Source of the DNA: Cyclonatronaceae bacterium
GTDB lineage: Bacteria > Bacteroidota > Rhodothermia > Balneolales > Natronogracilivirgulaceae
DNA length: 64,000 nucleotides
Direction: 5' to 3'
Assembly: GCA_046483675.1 (NCBI GenBank)
Contig: JAWOCT010000065.1
Span: forward strand, 21,499-85,498
Each line of letters opens with the position of its first letter. Positions within the stretch are counted from its first letter, which is position 1. Position numbers and translations under genes: made by a program. Shown in pieces: positions 29,701-38,178 of this stretch. The notes beneath the pieces were generated by a model that was not told the DNA's origin, did not search any database, and saw only the letters and a program-made list of their open reading frames with translations.

Positions 29701-30225
29701 CCCGTGACGCTGCAACTCTATGTAATAGTCATCCCCAAACAGGTCCAGGTACCACTCAAACAGTTTTTTTGCTTCCGCCTCGCCCTTCTTCAGGATGGTC
29801 TGGTTGATCTCACTCTGCAGGCAGCAGGTAGATGCCATGAGTCCCTCGGAGTGCGCAGCCAGGGTGTTCCGGTCAATGCGCGGCTTGTAATAGAATCCGT
29901 CGACATATCCCAGGGAACTGAGCCGTGCCAGATTGAAATAGCCGGTACGGTTTTTTGCAAGGAGTACCTGGTGGTACTGCTCGCGATTTTCCCGGTCGGA
30001 CATGCGGGTCGGGGTCACATAGAATTCACACCCGATGATCGGCTTGACTCCTTTTTTCCTTGCCTCATTGAGGAAAGACGGCACGCCGAACATGTTGCCA
30101 TGGTCTGTGATGGCAATACCCGGCATACCGTACTCCGAGGCTTTTTGGATCATGCCCGGTATGGCGGCGGCCCCGTCCAGCAGACTGAACTGGGAATGGC
30201 AATGCAGATGCGAAAACTGACACAT
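26749..30225 (-). CDS. dnaE: DNA polymerase III alpha subunit
   Basis: N-terminal PHP domain (FSHLHCHSQFSLLDGA, ITDHGNMFG), polymerase core (GPGRGSAAGS, PDIDIDF), and a C-terminal OB-fold region; 1158 aa. Confidence 0.97.
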   Translation of the reverse strand: MCQFSHLHCHSQFSLLDGAAAIPGMIQKASEYGMPGIAITDHGNMFGVPSFLNEARKKGVKPIIGCEFYVTPTRMSDRENREQYHQVLLAKNRTGYFNLARLSSLGYVDGFYYKPRIDRNTLAAHSEGLMASTCCLQSEINQTILKKGEAEAKKLFEWYLDLFGDDYYIELQRHGLRDQDVCNEVLIRWSREYGIKMIATNDSHYVDKQDSEAHDILLALQTNADINDPNRFRFTDDQNRLNPQFYLKTPEEMKELFSDLPESIENTQEIVEKTEDITLSSELLLPHFNVPDEFTDMDDYLRHVTYKGARIRYGELSEEVTSRIERELQIIRDMGFAGYFLIVEGFTTEARKRGVFVGPGRGSAAGSIVAYCVGIINIDPLRYDLLFERFLNPERVSPPDIDIDFDDAGRQAVIDYVVEKYGRQNVAQIVTYGTMKAKTAIRDVGRVLGVPLNEVNRIAKLFPERPGLDTFKKVVDPAMNPETATEIKSLFDHPDTQVRKMMSFARTLEGCPRQTGIHAAGVIIAPGRVYDYVPVALSREKDVITQYDGPSSEMCGLLKMDFLGLKTLSILKTAIRLVKEIQGKEYHLDDIPLDDKKTYELYQRGDTVGTFQFESDGMRKYLRELKPTSIDDLIAMNALYRPGPMQFIPEYINCKHGRKQVIYPHPMLEDVLKPTFGIMVYQEQIMKVAQVMGGFTLGEADILRRAMGKKKVDQMAKMKVKFLEGARERGVDDKTANDVFEKMAYFAGYGFNKSHSAAYSVVAYHTAYFKANYPALYMAAVLTHNMNDIKKVSQFIEECYHLGVPVDSPNINSGEAFFTAKDGRVQYGLSAIKGVGSSAVEHFVAERAENGPFYSIFDFTSRVDLRSCNRKMLESLIGAGAFDELHGNRAQLMESLEDALSYGARMQDEKSRNQTSLFGGDDNGSYQEPEPRLREVTAWSSMEKLKQERELIGFFLSGHPLDRFREDIALFCSNGLGEEGLRELKERAPVTCAGIITAARHTRDKKGRPIAFLTMEDEKGSTEILVFSECYDKSMNLLQVDNLVVVEGNVSVRDGTPKIIARSFDRIENLRDKNQGTIRLCLSVSTDEVGSDTLEELADLFEKNRGGTHVQMMVQSGQEQPIRMKVRKFVVDPNDELLTKSRRLLGKNNVWVERRPEV

Positions 30226-30250
30226 TAGGTTTCCGGCTCACGTTCCGGCG

Positions 30251-30346
30251 TTGGTTTCGACATTCGCTGGTTGCAGCGTTTGTTGGTTGCAGCGTTTGCT
30301 GGTTGCAGCGTTTGCTGGTTGCAGCGTTTGCTGGTTGCAGCGTTCG
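30251..30346. repeat. 16-bp tandem array (5 good copies plus 1 degenerate) 26-120 bp upstream of the dnaE start
   Basis: ctggttgcagcgtttg at 30267, 30283 (ttgg variant), 30299, 30315 and 30331 (last copy ...ttcg). These are preceded by a degenerate ttggtttcgacattcg. The region is intergenic, and 16 is not a multiple of 3. Confidence 0.9.
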
Positions 30347-30563
30347 TTGTTGAAGAGGAAAACTATCAATAAAAGAAATGATTTTCCGTATTGACTTTTT
30401 CCTAATTTTTACCGGCTGTTGCGGCAACCATAAAACACCGGAACCCATAACCCGGAATACGGATTACTGAACACCACTGTCCGGTCCCGACCTGCCACAG
30501 TATGCTGATGCACTGTTCCGCGATGCATCATCGGCGGGTATCGTCGTCAGGCGGACCGGCTAA

Positions 30564-31334
30564 TCAGATTTCCCTGTGACTGAGGACTTCCCCGGCAGGG
30601 AAGTATTCGGCGAGCAACACCCTGACAAGACGGCCTGCCACCTCATGAGAGTCGCCGATCTTGTCTTGTTCCCAGGCGGTGATGAAATCATGCACCATGG
30701 GAAAATCCTCCTCACTGGTGCTTCGAATAACCTCCTGCATTTCGGTACCGATGCGCCCGGGATTGAACGCCAGGACTTCCACCGGATGTCGCTGTTTTTC
30801 CTGCTCAATTCCGGCGGTGCGCACGAACATATCCACACCCGCTTTGGTGCTGCAATAGTGGCTCCAGCCGTGGAATGGCTTTCCGGCCGCGCCCGATGAG
30901 ATCATTATTATCCGTTTGACGACCTCTGCTTCCTGAAAACGGGATATAAAAGCATGGGATAGCATTACCGGCGCTACAAAATTGATCTCCAGATTTTTTC
31001 TGTAGGTCTCATAATCGTATTTGCCTGCCGGTCCTATTGGCTCCAGCATACCGGCGTTGTTGATGAGACCGATGAATCCAGCCCGGTCGCTATCAATACG
31101 CGAAGCGATATCGGACATGAGCTCCTCGAGACGGTCGGTGAGGGTCAGGTCCTGCTGCCATGTAAATACCGTTGCCCCGCGCGCCTCCAGCTCAAGCACC
31201 AGCTCCGTCATATCGCTGCGGGCTATGAGATAAAGTACAGTCTCGCTTTCGGCCAGATGGTGGGCCAGTTCGCGTCCGAACCCTCTGGATGCTCCCGTTA
31301 TGATGATATGTTTCTGCTTGTTTTGCATGCTCAT
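30564..31334 (-). CDS. short-chain dehydrogenase/reductase (sepiapterin-reductase-like SDR)
   Basis: ITGASRGFG cofactor motif, NNAG, and the catalytic YCSTKAG (YxxxK); 256 aa. Confidence 0.85.
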   Translation of the reverse strand: MSMQNKQKHIIITGASRGFGRELAHHLAESETVLYLIARSDMTELVLELEARGATVFTWQQDLTLTDRLEELMSDIASRIDSDRAGFIGLINNAGMLEPIGPAGKYDYETYRKNLEINFVAPVMLSHAFISRFQEAEVVKRIIMISSGAAGKPFHGWSHYCSTKAGVDMFVRTAGIEQEKQRHPVEVLAFNPGRIGTEMQEVIRSTSEEDFPMVHDFITAWEQDKIGDSHEVAGRLVRVLLAEYFPAGEVLSHREI

Positions 31335-31337
31335 ATT

Positions 31338-32180
31338 TTACTCCAGTGTTTTATTCAGAAAATATTCCCATCCTTCCACGTAACGCCGCCCGGACTGGAT
31401 GAAACCGTCATTGTGACCGCCAATCAGCTCCATCCAGTATTTAGGATCGTTTGCTGCCTCATAAAGTCTCTGCCCATGCCGGAAAGAAATGATATCATCC
31501 TCCTTGCTGTGCGTGATCATCACAGGGGTTTCGACATGCTCCAGCGCATCCTCGACGGGATAACGGGTACGCAACAACCAACGCACCGGCATCAATGGAT
31601 ATATTTCAGCCGCCAATTCCACAGCCGAGCTGAAGGTCGACTCCAGTACCAATCCACCTGCATTCACTTCACTGGCCAGCCAGGCGGCGACCCCGCCGCC
31701 GAGTGAACGGCCGAACAGGATGATTTTACCGGGATTTTTGTCCTGAACTTCTGTCAGATAACGCCATGCCGCCACAGCATCCTGATAGGTGCCATTTTCG
31801 CTTGGTTTGCCCTCGCTGCGACCGTAACCACGATAATCAATAATGAACACATTCAGTTCCAGTTCATGGAAAATGGAGATACTCTCAAGGCGACCTGAAA
31901 TGTTGCCGGCATTACCGTGGAAGAAAAGAAGGCTGCCACGTGCCTGTTTGGCGGGAACATACCATCCATGCAGTCTGATTCCGTCATCCGTGTACATGTA
32001 GACATCCTCATAAGCCATGCCGCGATCCTCGGGAGTGGCAAGAATGCTCTTGGTGGGAAAGTAGATGAAAGCTGCCTGGAACAAGTACATCAACAACAGG
32101 ATGATTAGGTACCCGCCGGTCAGCAGCAACAGAATCCAGAGAATGGTTGAACCTGACACACTGCTCCTATTAGGTATCAT
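31338..32180 (-). CDS. alpha/beta hydrolase with an N-terminal membrane anchor
   Basis: The N-terminal TM is ILWILLLLTGGYLIILLLMYLF. Also FFHGNAGN, the nucleophile elbow FGRSLGG, and a late His (GGHND). Confidence 0.8.
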   Translation of the reverse strand: MIPNRSSVSGSTILWILLLLTGGYLIILLLMYLFQAAFIYFPTKSILATPEDRGMAYEDVYMYTDDGIRLHGWYVPAKQARGSLLFFHGNAGNISGRLESISIFHELELNVFIIDYRGYGRSEGKPSENGTYQDAVAAWRYLTEVQDKNPGKIILFGRSLGGGVAAWLASEVNAGGLVLESTFSSAVELAAEIYPLMPVRWLLRTRYPVEDALEHVETPVMITHSKEDDIISFRHGQRLYEAANDPKYWMELIGGHNDGFIQSGRRYVEGWEYFLNKTLE

Positions 32181-32204
32181 AATGGTTTATGACGGACATG
32201 CGGA

Positions 32205-32441
32205 TCAGTATCCCTTGTCCGTCTCTTTCATCGCATCTTTCGCCAAGCCTGACTGTGACCTGAATTTTCTTGCAACCCAAAGATTGACAAATCCGCCCAG
32301 GATACAGATGCCGCCGGTAAGCTGGCCCATGATCCCCGAGATGCTGGCTTCGCCCCAAAACTGATACAGATTCTGGAAACCCACGAGGATCACCACTATT
32401 CCTGTAGCAAGCAATGTATAAAGAACGATTTTCTTTCCCAT
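32205..32441 (-). CDS. small two-TM membrane protein, hypothetical
   Basis: 78 aa with two hydrophobic spans (IVLYTLLATGIVVILVGF; GGICILGGFVNLWVA). It fits the gap in the co-oriented gene string. Confidence 0.5.
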   Translation of the reverse strand: MGKKIVLYTLLATGIVVILVGFQNLYQFWGEASISGIMGQLTGGICILGGFVNLWVARKFRSQSGLAKDAMKETDKGY

Positions 32442-32533
32442 GAGACAGGTTTTTTTATTATCGATCGTATTGCTGAATGGTAATGTAGCAAAGTTTTACG
32501 GTATGCAACAGCACCAGTCCGTATTCAGACAGA

Positions 32534-33112
32534 CTACAATTCCATTGAGGTAGCCATATACTCCTGCAGGCATTGATGAATGGCCCCGCCGGAATGCAGG
32601 CGACTCTGGTACAGACGGAATCGGTCAACCGGAAAGGTAATGTGAAAACTGGATGGCTCACCGTTCAGGAACCGGTCCACCACCGATTGCAGAGGGGGGC
32701 TGTCGGGGCGTGCCCGCTCTTTTTTTCCCCTGCGAATGCGTCCAAGGGTAATGTGGGGATGGAATGTCCGGTCGGACAGCTGTATGCCTGAACGATACAA
32801 CTCTTCCTGCATGCTGTCATACAGTTCTCGCAGGACCGGATGGTAACGCACACCGGCCCAGAGAACAGCGGGCTCCTTAGGATTGGGAAAACAACCCGTT
32901 CCCATCAGTTCGATGTCAAAGGGCCGGAAAGTGACATGTGCAAGGGCCTGCACGACCCGGCGGGTACGGACCTTGTCTGTTTCACCGATGTACCGCAGGG
33001 TCATGTGGATCTGCGACTGCGGTGTAAGGCGGATATCCGGATGTTGCGGTTGCAGGTCCGCCAACGCGGTGCGAGCGAAATCTGGTAATGCAATGGCAGT
33101 AAAAAGTCGCAT
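32534..33112 (-). CDS. thpR: RNA 2',3'-cyclic phosphodiesterase (2H phosphoesterase)
   Basis: Two H-x-T/S-x motifs, HMTLRYIG and HITLGRI, at the spacing expected for LigT/ThpR; 192 aa. Confidence 0.85.
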   Translation of the reverse strand: MRLFTAIALPDFARTALADLQPQHPDIRLTPQSQIHMTLRYIGETDKVRTRRVVQALAHVTFRPFDIELMGTGCFPNPKEPAVLWAGVRYHPVLRELYDSMQEELYRSGIQLSDRTFHPHITLGRIRRGKKERARPDSPPLQSVVDRFLNGEPSSFHITFPVDRFRLYQSRLHSGGAIHQCLQEYMATSMEL

Positions 33113-33121
33113 TATTGATTT

Positions 33122-33403
33122 CTAATGACGAACCTCGAATGCATCATACCGGATATCCGGATCTACCGGATAAGAATCGACGTTATCCACTCTTGAAAGA
33201 GTAGGTCCTTTGCGGCAGGCGGCCTCAACCGAGCCGACGTCGGCCGGCCGGCCCTGAAGCATCGCTTCGACCGAACCGTCGCTGGTATTTCGAATCCAGC
33301 CGGTGACGGACCGTTCTGCGGCAATGTCATGTATGAACTGGCGGAAGCCGACTCCCTGAACCCGGCCATGTACGCGGATGAGATGTGTAACGATATGATC
33401 CAT
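33122..33403 (-). CDS. acyP: acylphosphatase
   Basis: VHGRVQGVGFRQF and GWIRNTSDGSVE signature. The Met at 33403 gives a typical ~93-aa protein. Confidence 0.85.
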   Translation of the reverse strand: MDHIVTHLIRVHGRVQGVGFRQFIHDIAAERSVTGWIRNTSDGSVEAMLQGRPADVGSVEAACRKGPTLSRVDNVDSYPVDPDIRYDAFEVRH

Positions 33404-33468
33404 GACGTAAAAATATTGTACCTTTGACTGTTTTCCTAACAATTCCCACAATCTGACAGTTCTGATCG

Positions 33469-34398
33469 ATGATAGCTGACCTTCTCTTGACTGTTGCGGG
33501 CATTCTGCTTCTCTATGCCGGAGCGGAACTGCTGGTGCGCGGTAGTGTGGCCCTGTCGCAGAAATTACGGGTAACGCCGCTGCTGATCGGCCTTATCGTG
33601 ATCGGACTCGGGACCAGCAGCCCGGAACTGGTTGTAAGTATTGAAGCCACCCTTATCGGCAGCGGTGAAATCGCCATTGGAAATATTGTCGGATCAAATA
33701 TCAGTAACCTGGCCCTTATCCTTGGCATCGCGGCCCTGTCCCATCCGATCCGTGCACAGAAAGCGCTGCTGAACCGTGAACTGCCGGTGATGATCGCTGC
33801 TTCCCTGCTGATGACCCTGCTTATGTGGAACGGGGTGCTTTCGCGAACGGATGGCATCCTGCTGCTGTCCGGGCTTATTATCTACCTGGTACTGACCATC
33901 CGCGATAATATCACCCCTGCCATACCAGAGAGCGAGCTGGCATACCGTCGCTTTGGCACTGTGATGGTAGTCGCTGCAACCCTGGCGGGGCTCGGTATCC
34001 TGATCCTGGGTGCCCATCTGATGATCCTCGGTGCTACCGGTATCGCCCGCACCTTTGCCATATCCGAAGGGGTGATCGGATTGACGATCGTCGCGATTGG
34101 CACAAGCCTGCCCGAACTGGCCACGGCGGTCGTCGCGGCTCTCCGGAGGCAGGGTGAACTCATCCTGGGCGCCCTAATCGGATCGAATATCCTGAACATT
34201 CTTTTTGTGCTGGGTGTGACCGGAACGGTTCGGGCTGTCTACCTGACCGACATCATGGTTGAGGATCTGATTCTGATGTCGGTGCTTGCACTGGTGATGA
34301 TCCCTGTTGCCCGGACCGGGTATGTGGTAAGCAGACTGGAAGGCGGGCTGTTGCTGGCTGCCTACTGCGGATACATCGCCTGGCTTTTTCTCCGGTAG
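33469..34398 (+). CDS. CaCA-family calcium/sodium antiporter (YrbG-like)
   Basis: Two alpha-repeats, GTSSPEL and GTSLPEL, about 10 TM segments, 309 aa. Confidence 0.9.
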   Translation: MIADLLLTVAGILLLYAGAELLVRGSVALSQKLRVTPLLIGLIVIGLGTSSPELVVSIEATLIGSGEIAIGNIVGSNISNLALILGIAALSHPIRAQKALLNRELPVMIAASLLMTLLMWNGVLSRTDGILLLSGLIIYLVLTIRDNITPAIPESELAYRRFGTVMVVAATLAGLGILILGAHLMILGATGIARTFAISEGVIGLTIVAIGTSLPELATAVVAALRRQGELILGALIGSNILNILFVLGVTGTVRAVYLTDIMVEDLILMSVLALVMIPVARTGYVVSRLEGGLLLAAYCGYIAWLFLR

Positions 34399-34454
34399 AA
34401 ATACTAAAGCCGGCCTCGATGTACACAAGGGACTGGACTTCATGTCCGGTTGAT

Positions 34455-36791
34455 CTAAACGGAACGAACGGACTCTCTTAATCGCTGATTCCGGCTTCTG
34501 CCCAGTATCCTCCCGGAAAAGGGCCCGAGTAAAAGGCGGATACGCCCTGATGCAGCGCCGGTGGTTTGTTTACCTTTTCGGGACGACGGGGCATCCTCAC
34601 CGACGTGCATCAGGTCCACGAAACCCGGGTGATCCGCGTGATCCGCAAACACTGCATGTTCCGAATGATCCGGGGGTTCCGAATGATCCGTATCAGTCGG
34701 GTGTTCCGGGTAATTCGCTCGATCTGCGTCTTTTGCCTCTGCAACGAAGCTGGGCCGGGACTGTTTCGCGGCCAGGGCCGGGGGCAGGGGCACCTCCACT
34801 TCCACGTTTCCATCCCCATTATGTATGGCTACTATCACCTCGTCCGGCTCCTGATTAACCGGTTCGTGATCACATGTTTTTGGGTGCTCCGGTTTTAGAT
34901 TTTTCGGATCTGGATTCACCGGCATTATCATGTACGGGACTTGTTTACTCGGCTCTTGCTCAACAGTCTCGTGCATATGCAGAATCTCCTTCTCCGTTTC
35001 ATTACAGACTGACTGACAGCTTCGCCTGAAGACGAATACACCCTTAGCATCGTCGGTCAGCAGAACGGTAAAATCGCCATGCTTCAATGCCGGCCGCTCC
35101 CTGCGCAAGTTTATAAGCCACCGGTAATAGCTGTAAAGCCCGGTATCAAAAGCGACCGGATCCGCAGTTGTGCGCGGGGCGCCGTTTGGCAGTATCGCCT
35201 CGTCGTCATACAGGATGTCATTCCACACCATCGGCTTGCGGCAGCAGGGATCATTGGCGCCCCACATTCCGGCCTCATCACCATAGTAGATCATGGGTGC
35301 GCCGGGACAGGTGAATTGCATCAGCACCAGGAGCCGCTGGATTTGACGCTCTTCCGGAGTGGGCTTGCGGGTGTCGTAATCCGGATTATCCGCTTTGGAA
35401 CGCCGGTAGTAGTCCCACCAGCGGCGTGCCCCGCCGAGTTCACGGTTTACGATGCGCGAGGCCACGCGGTCCGTGTCGTGCGAGTCCAGAAGGTTCTGCA
35501 TCACGTGCGGGACCGGATGGGGAAACGCGGTTATCAGCTCCTCCAGCCTCTGGGCAAACTGTGATGCACTGATGCGGTTGCGGTTCCAGATGAAAAACTC
35601 GTTGCAGGCAAACTGGAAGTTGTAGTTCATCACGGCGTCGAATTCGTCGCCCTTGACATACGGCCAGGTCTTTTTGACGGTGTCGATGACCTCGGCCACC
35701 AGGTACGCATCCGGATTGATCGACCGTACGTGCTTGCGCCAGGCCTTCCAGAACGGATGCTTGACACAGAAAGCGACATCGAGCCGCCAGCCGTCCACGC
35801 CGTTGAACGTGTCTCCGTTGCCGTAGGGATCCATCCAGCGCCGGGTGATGTCGAAAATGTACTGTCGCGGCCCGTCCACGATGCCCCGCCGATCCTCCCG
35901 CCATTCGGGCAGCTCCAGGAACCCCTCCCAGGTCCGTACGCGAAAGCCCGGACGGAAAGGCGAGTCTTTTCCATAATACTGGTGGATGCGGGCAGCGATC
36001 TCCGAAAATCCGGACATGTCATGATCGTCGAAGCCGGGCTTCACCATATTAACCGGACTCTTCGCCTGTCCATGTGCGAATGGCTTCATCCCGTCTGGTT
36101 TCGCATTTCCATCTTGCCGTCCTGCATCCTCTGCCCACGATTCCACGGCCATCCAGTCCCGAAACGCCGAATCCTGCTGATTTTTGAGAATATCCTGGTA
36201 GACCCAACTTGCAATCCCGACGTGATTGAACACGCCGTCGAGGATAATGAACATGTTGCGCCGGTGGACTTCTTCAATGAGCTGCAGCAGCATTTCGTCG
36301 GCCGAAGTCCAGTTCCATGTTGCCGGGTCGTGCGGCGTCTCCCGGGAAATGATGACCCGGTCTCCGTCGGGATTGGGACCAAACGCGGGATCCACGTGAT
36401 GATACCCTGCGGCATCGTATTTATGGTGGGATGGCGCCTGAAAAACAGGATTCAGATAGAGTGCATCAATACCCAGATCCACCAGATAATCGAGTTGATC
36501 GATGATTCCGAGCAGGTCGCCGCCATAGCGCCGCCGCTGCAGGTTGAACCAGATGTCACGGTCGTTCCGGCGCTCGTAAGGCTGGAGGCGATACCAGTCC
36601 GATCCCCAGGGATGCCGCTCCAACGGCGAGGTGCAATCGTGTGGCCAGGCGTATTTCTGGTCGGCCGCCTTTGGAGTATTGTTGGGATCACCGTTTCGAA
36701 AGCGCTCGGGCATAATCTGGTACCAGGTGATGCCCCTGGCCCAGTCGGGTACGGATATTTCAAATTTATTTTGCCTCTGTTTTTCTCTCAT
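34455..36791 (-). CDS. glycoside hydrolase family 13 (alpha-amylase/neopullulanase-like) with an expanded C-terminal region
   Basis: WYQIMPERFRNGD, LGIDALYLNPVF, GWRLDVA (nucleophile region), VAEV (acid/base), LLDSHDTDR, and then a C-terminal beta-domain interrupted by long His/Asp/Pro-rich segments. Confidence 0.85.
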   Translation of the reverse strand: MREKQRQNKFEISVPDWARGITWYQIMPERFRNGDPNNTPKAADQKYAWPHDCTSPLERHPWGSDWYRLQPYERRNDRDIWFNLQRRRYGGDLLGIIDQLDYLVDLGIDALYLNPVFQAPSHHKYDAAGYHHVDPAFGPNPDGDRVIISRETPHDPATWNWTSADEMLLQLIEEVHRRNMFIILDGVFNHVGIASWVYQDILKNQQDSAFRDWMAVESWAEDAGRQDGNAKPDGMKPFAHGQAKSPVNMVKPGFDDHDMSGFSEIAARIHQYYGKDSPFRPGFRVRTWEGFLELPEWREDRRGIVDGPRQYIFDITRRWMDPYGNGDTFNGVDGWRLDVAFCVKHPFWKAWRKHVRSINPDAYLVAEVIDTVKKTWPYVKGDEFDAVMNYNFQFACNEFFIWNRNRISASQFAQRLEELITAFPHPVPHVMQNLLDSHDTDRVASRIVNRELGGARRWWDYYRRSKADNPDYDTRKPTPEERQIQRLLVLMQFTCPGAPMIYYGDEAGMWGANDPCCRKPMVWNDILYDDEAILPNGAPRTTADPVAFDTGLYSYYRWLINLRRERPALKHGDFTVLLTDDAKGVFVFRRSCQSVCNETEKEILHMHETVEQEPSKQVPYMIMPVNPDPKNLKPEHPKTCDHEPVNQEPDEVIVAIHNGDGNVEVEVPLPPALAAKQSRPSFVAEAKDADRANYPEHPTDTDHSEPPDHSEHAVFADHADHPGFVDLMHVGEDAPSSRKGKQTTGAASGRIRLLLGPFSGRILGRSRNQRLRESVRSV
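34658..34693 (-). repeat. 18-bp tandem duplication (plus an adjacent 9-bp duplication at 34629..34646) in the GH13 tail
   Basis: gttccgaatgatccgggg / gttccgaatgatccgtat, and gtgatccgc x2. They encode the DHSEPPDHSEH...ADHADH segment. Confidence 0.8.
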
Positions 36792-37155
36792 GAAACACTG
36801 TTGATTTTGTAATTTCTGTAAGCAAACGGTACGGAGAATGGGTCTATATAGCCAATTTCAGTGCAAAATGCACGTTTAACGTTTGGATGGCACGGCGGAA
36901 AAACGGCCCATGGCATTCATAAAATGTGTATGTTCCTGTCCGGCATTTTTTTTCCTTCTGGACAGGTGGGTTTAGCGCCAATTGATTTGTTCTGCCGTAT
37001 ATTTGTTGCGAGATCCACTGATGTTATCGATGGCTGGGCATAATCAAATTGAAATGCCTGGTACCAATGAATGATCGGAAACCCACTACGTCATGAGATG
37101 TCCGGAATCTGTGTTACATTAGGAACAAGAGCCTTGCAGGTTATCGTAAAACAGT

Positions 37156-38178
37156 TTGATCTTGCAGTTAAAAAACCTGGGATATCATGGCATTTACCTT
37201 CCGGAAGCGGGTCTGCTTCTGGATGGATCGGGCGTGGATGCACCGACGGTCATTACCCATGCCCATGCCGACCATGTTCCCCGCGACCGAAAGCGGACCG
37301 TTTATGCTTCCCCTGCCACGGCTGCGCTCATGCGCGCTCGGGGGCATTCCGGTGGCATCGAGGAACTGCCATTCGGCCAAACCGTATCACTTCCGGACAC
37401 AGCCCGGACCAAATTTACACCCCGGACCAAATTTACACTCTATCCTGCAGGACACATCCTTGGTTCGGCCATGGTCTTTGTCGAAACGGACCAGGGTTCG
37501 CTGCTGTATACCGGCGACTGCCGCGTCCCCCCTTCACCCGCATCGGAAGGATTTCAGCTGCCGGATGCCAGGGTGGACTACCTGATCATCGAGGCCACCT
37601 TCGCCCTGCCCATTTACAAATGGCAGCCACACACGTCCTTGTTCAGACAGATCCGGGATTTTGCGATCAGCACACTAAGCGATGGTGAAACACCGGTTTT
37701 TCTGTGCTACAATCTGGGCAAGGCCCAGGAGGTGATGCACGCCCTGGCCTCATGTGATCCACCCGTCACCGTTCAGATCCATGGCGCAGGCGAGAAATTG
37801 TGCCGTGTATACGAAGATTTCGGGGTCGATCTGGGCCGCTGGGGGGCTTATGATCGCGAGACCCTGCCGGGAAAAGTACTCATTGCCCCGTCCTCGACCC
37901 TGGAATCTCCCATGATACGAAACCTGCGCAAGCGGCGCATCGCCTATGTTTCGGGCTGGGCTGCCCTGGAAGCCCGCGCCTCGCAGCTGCTGGCCGATGC
38001 GCTCATCCCCCTGTCTGACCATCTTGATTTTTTTCAGCTGCTGGATGTGTGCCGGAAACTGGCGCCCCGGCATGCATGGCTGACGCACAGCCCCGACCCC
38101 ACCGTGGCGCTGCATTACTTGCAACAGGAGGGTTTTTCTTGCAGCAGCCTGGACAAGGAGCGGACTGATGTCGGCTGA
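37156..38178 (+). CDS. ligase-associated DNA damage response exonuclease (metallo-beta-lactamase fold)
   Basis: The HxHxDH motif THAHADH is near the N-terminus, with GHILGSA and beta-CASP-like length. There is an 11-bp overlap with the following ATP-dependent ligase gene. The start is TTG in the ORF track and is uncertain. Confidence 0.75.
   Translation: MILQLKNLGYHGIYLPEAGLLLDGSGVDAPTVITHAHADHVPRDRKRTVYASPATAALMRARGHSGGIEELPFGQTVSLPDTARTKFTPRTKFTLYPAGHILGSAMVFVETDQGSLLYTGDCRVPPSPASEGFQLPDARVDYLIIEATFALPIYKWQPHTSLFRQIRDFAISTLSDGETPVFLCYNLGKAQEVMHALASCDPPVTVQIHGAGEKLCRVYEDFGVDLGRWGAYDRETLPGKVLIAPSSTLESPMIRNLRKRRIAYVSGWAALEARASQLLADALIPLSDHLDFFQLLDVCRKLAPRHAWLTHSPDPTVALHYLQQEGFSCSSLDKERTDVG
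37403..37438 (+). repeat. perfect 18-bp tandem duplication, in frame
   Basis: cccggaccaaatttacac x2 (18/18 identical), encoding the (A)RTKFT-PRTKFT segment. Confidence 0.9.

Noticed and set aside
30251-30346. The 16-bp tandem array upstream of dnaE considered as a CRISPR array, and the 127-aa ORF 30065..30448 that spans it.
   Set aside because: The units are directly adjacent with no spacers and are far shorter than CRISPR repeats, and no cas genes are nearby. The ORF's repetitive translation is a by-product of the repeat, and a 16-bp period cannot preserve a reading frame.
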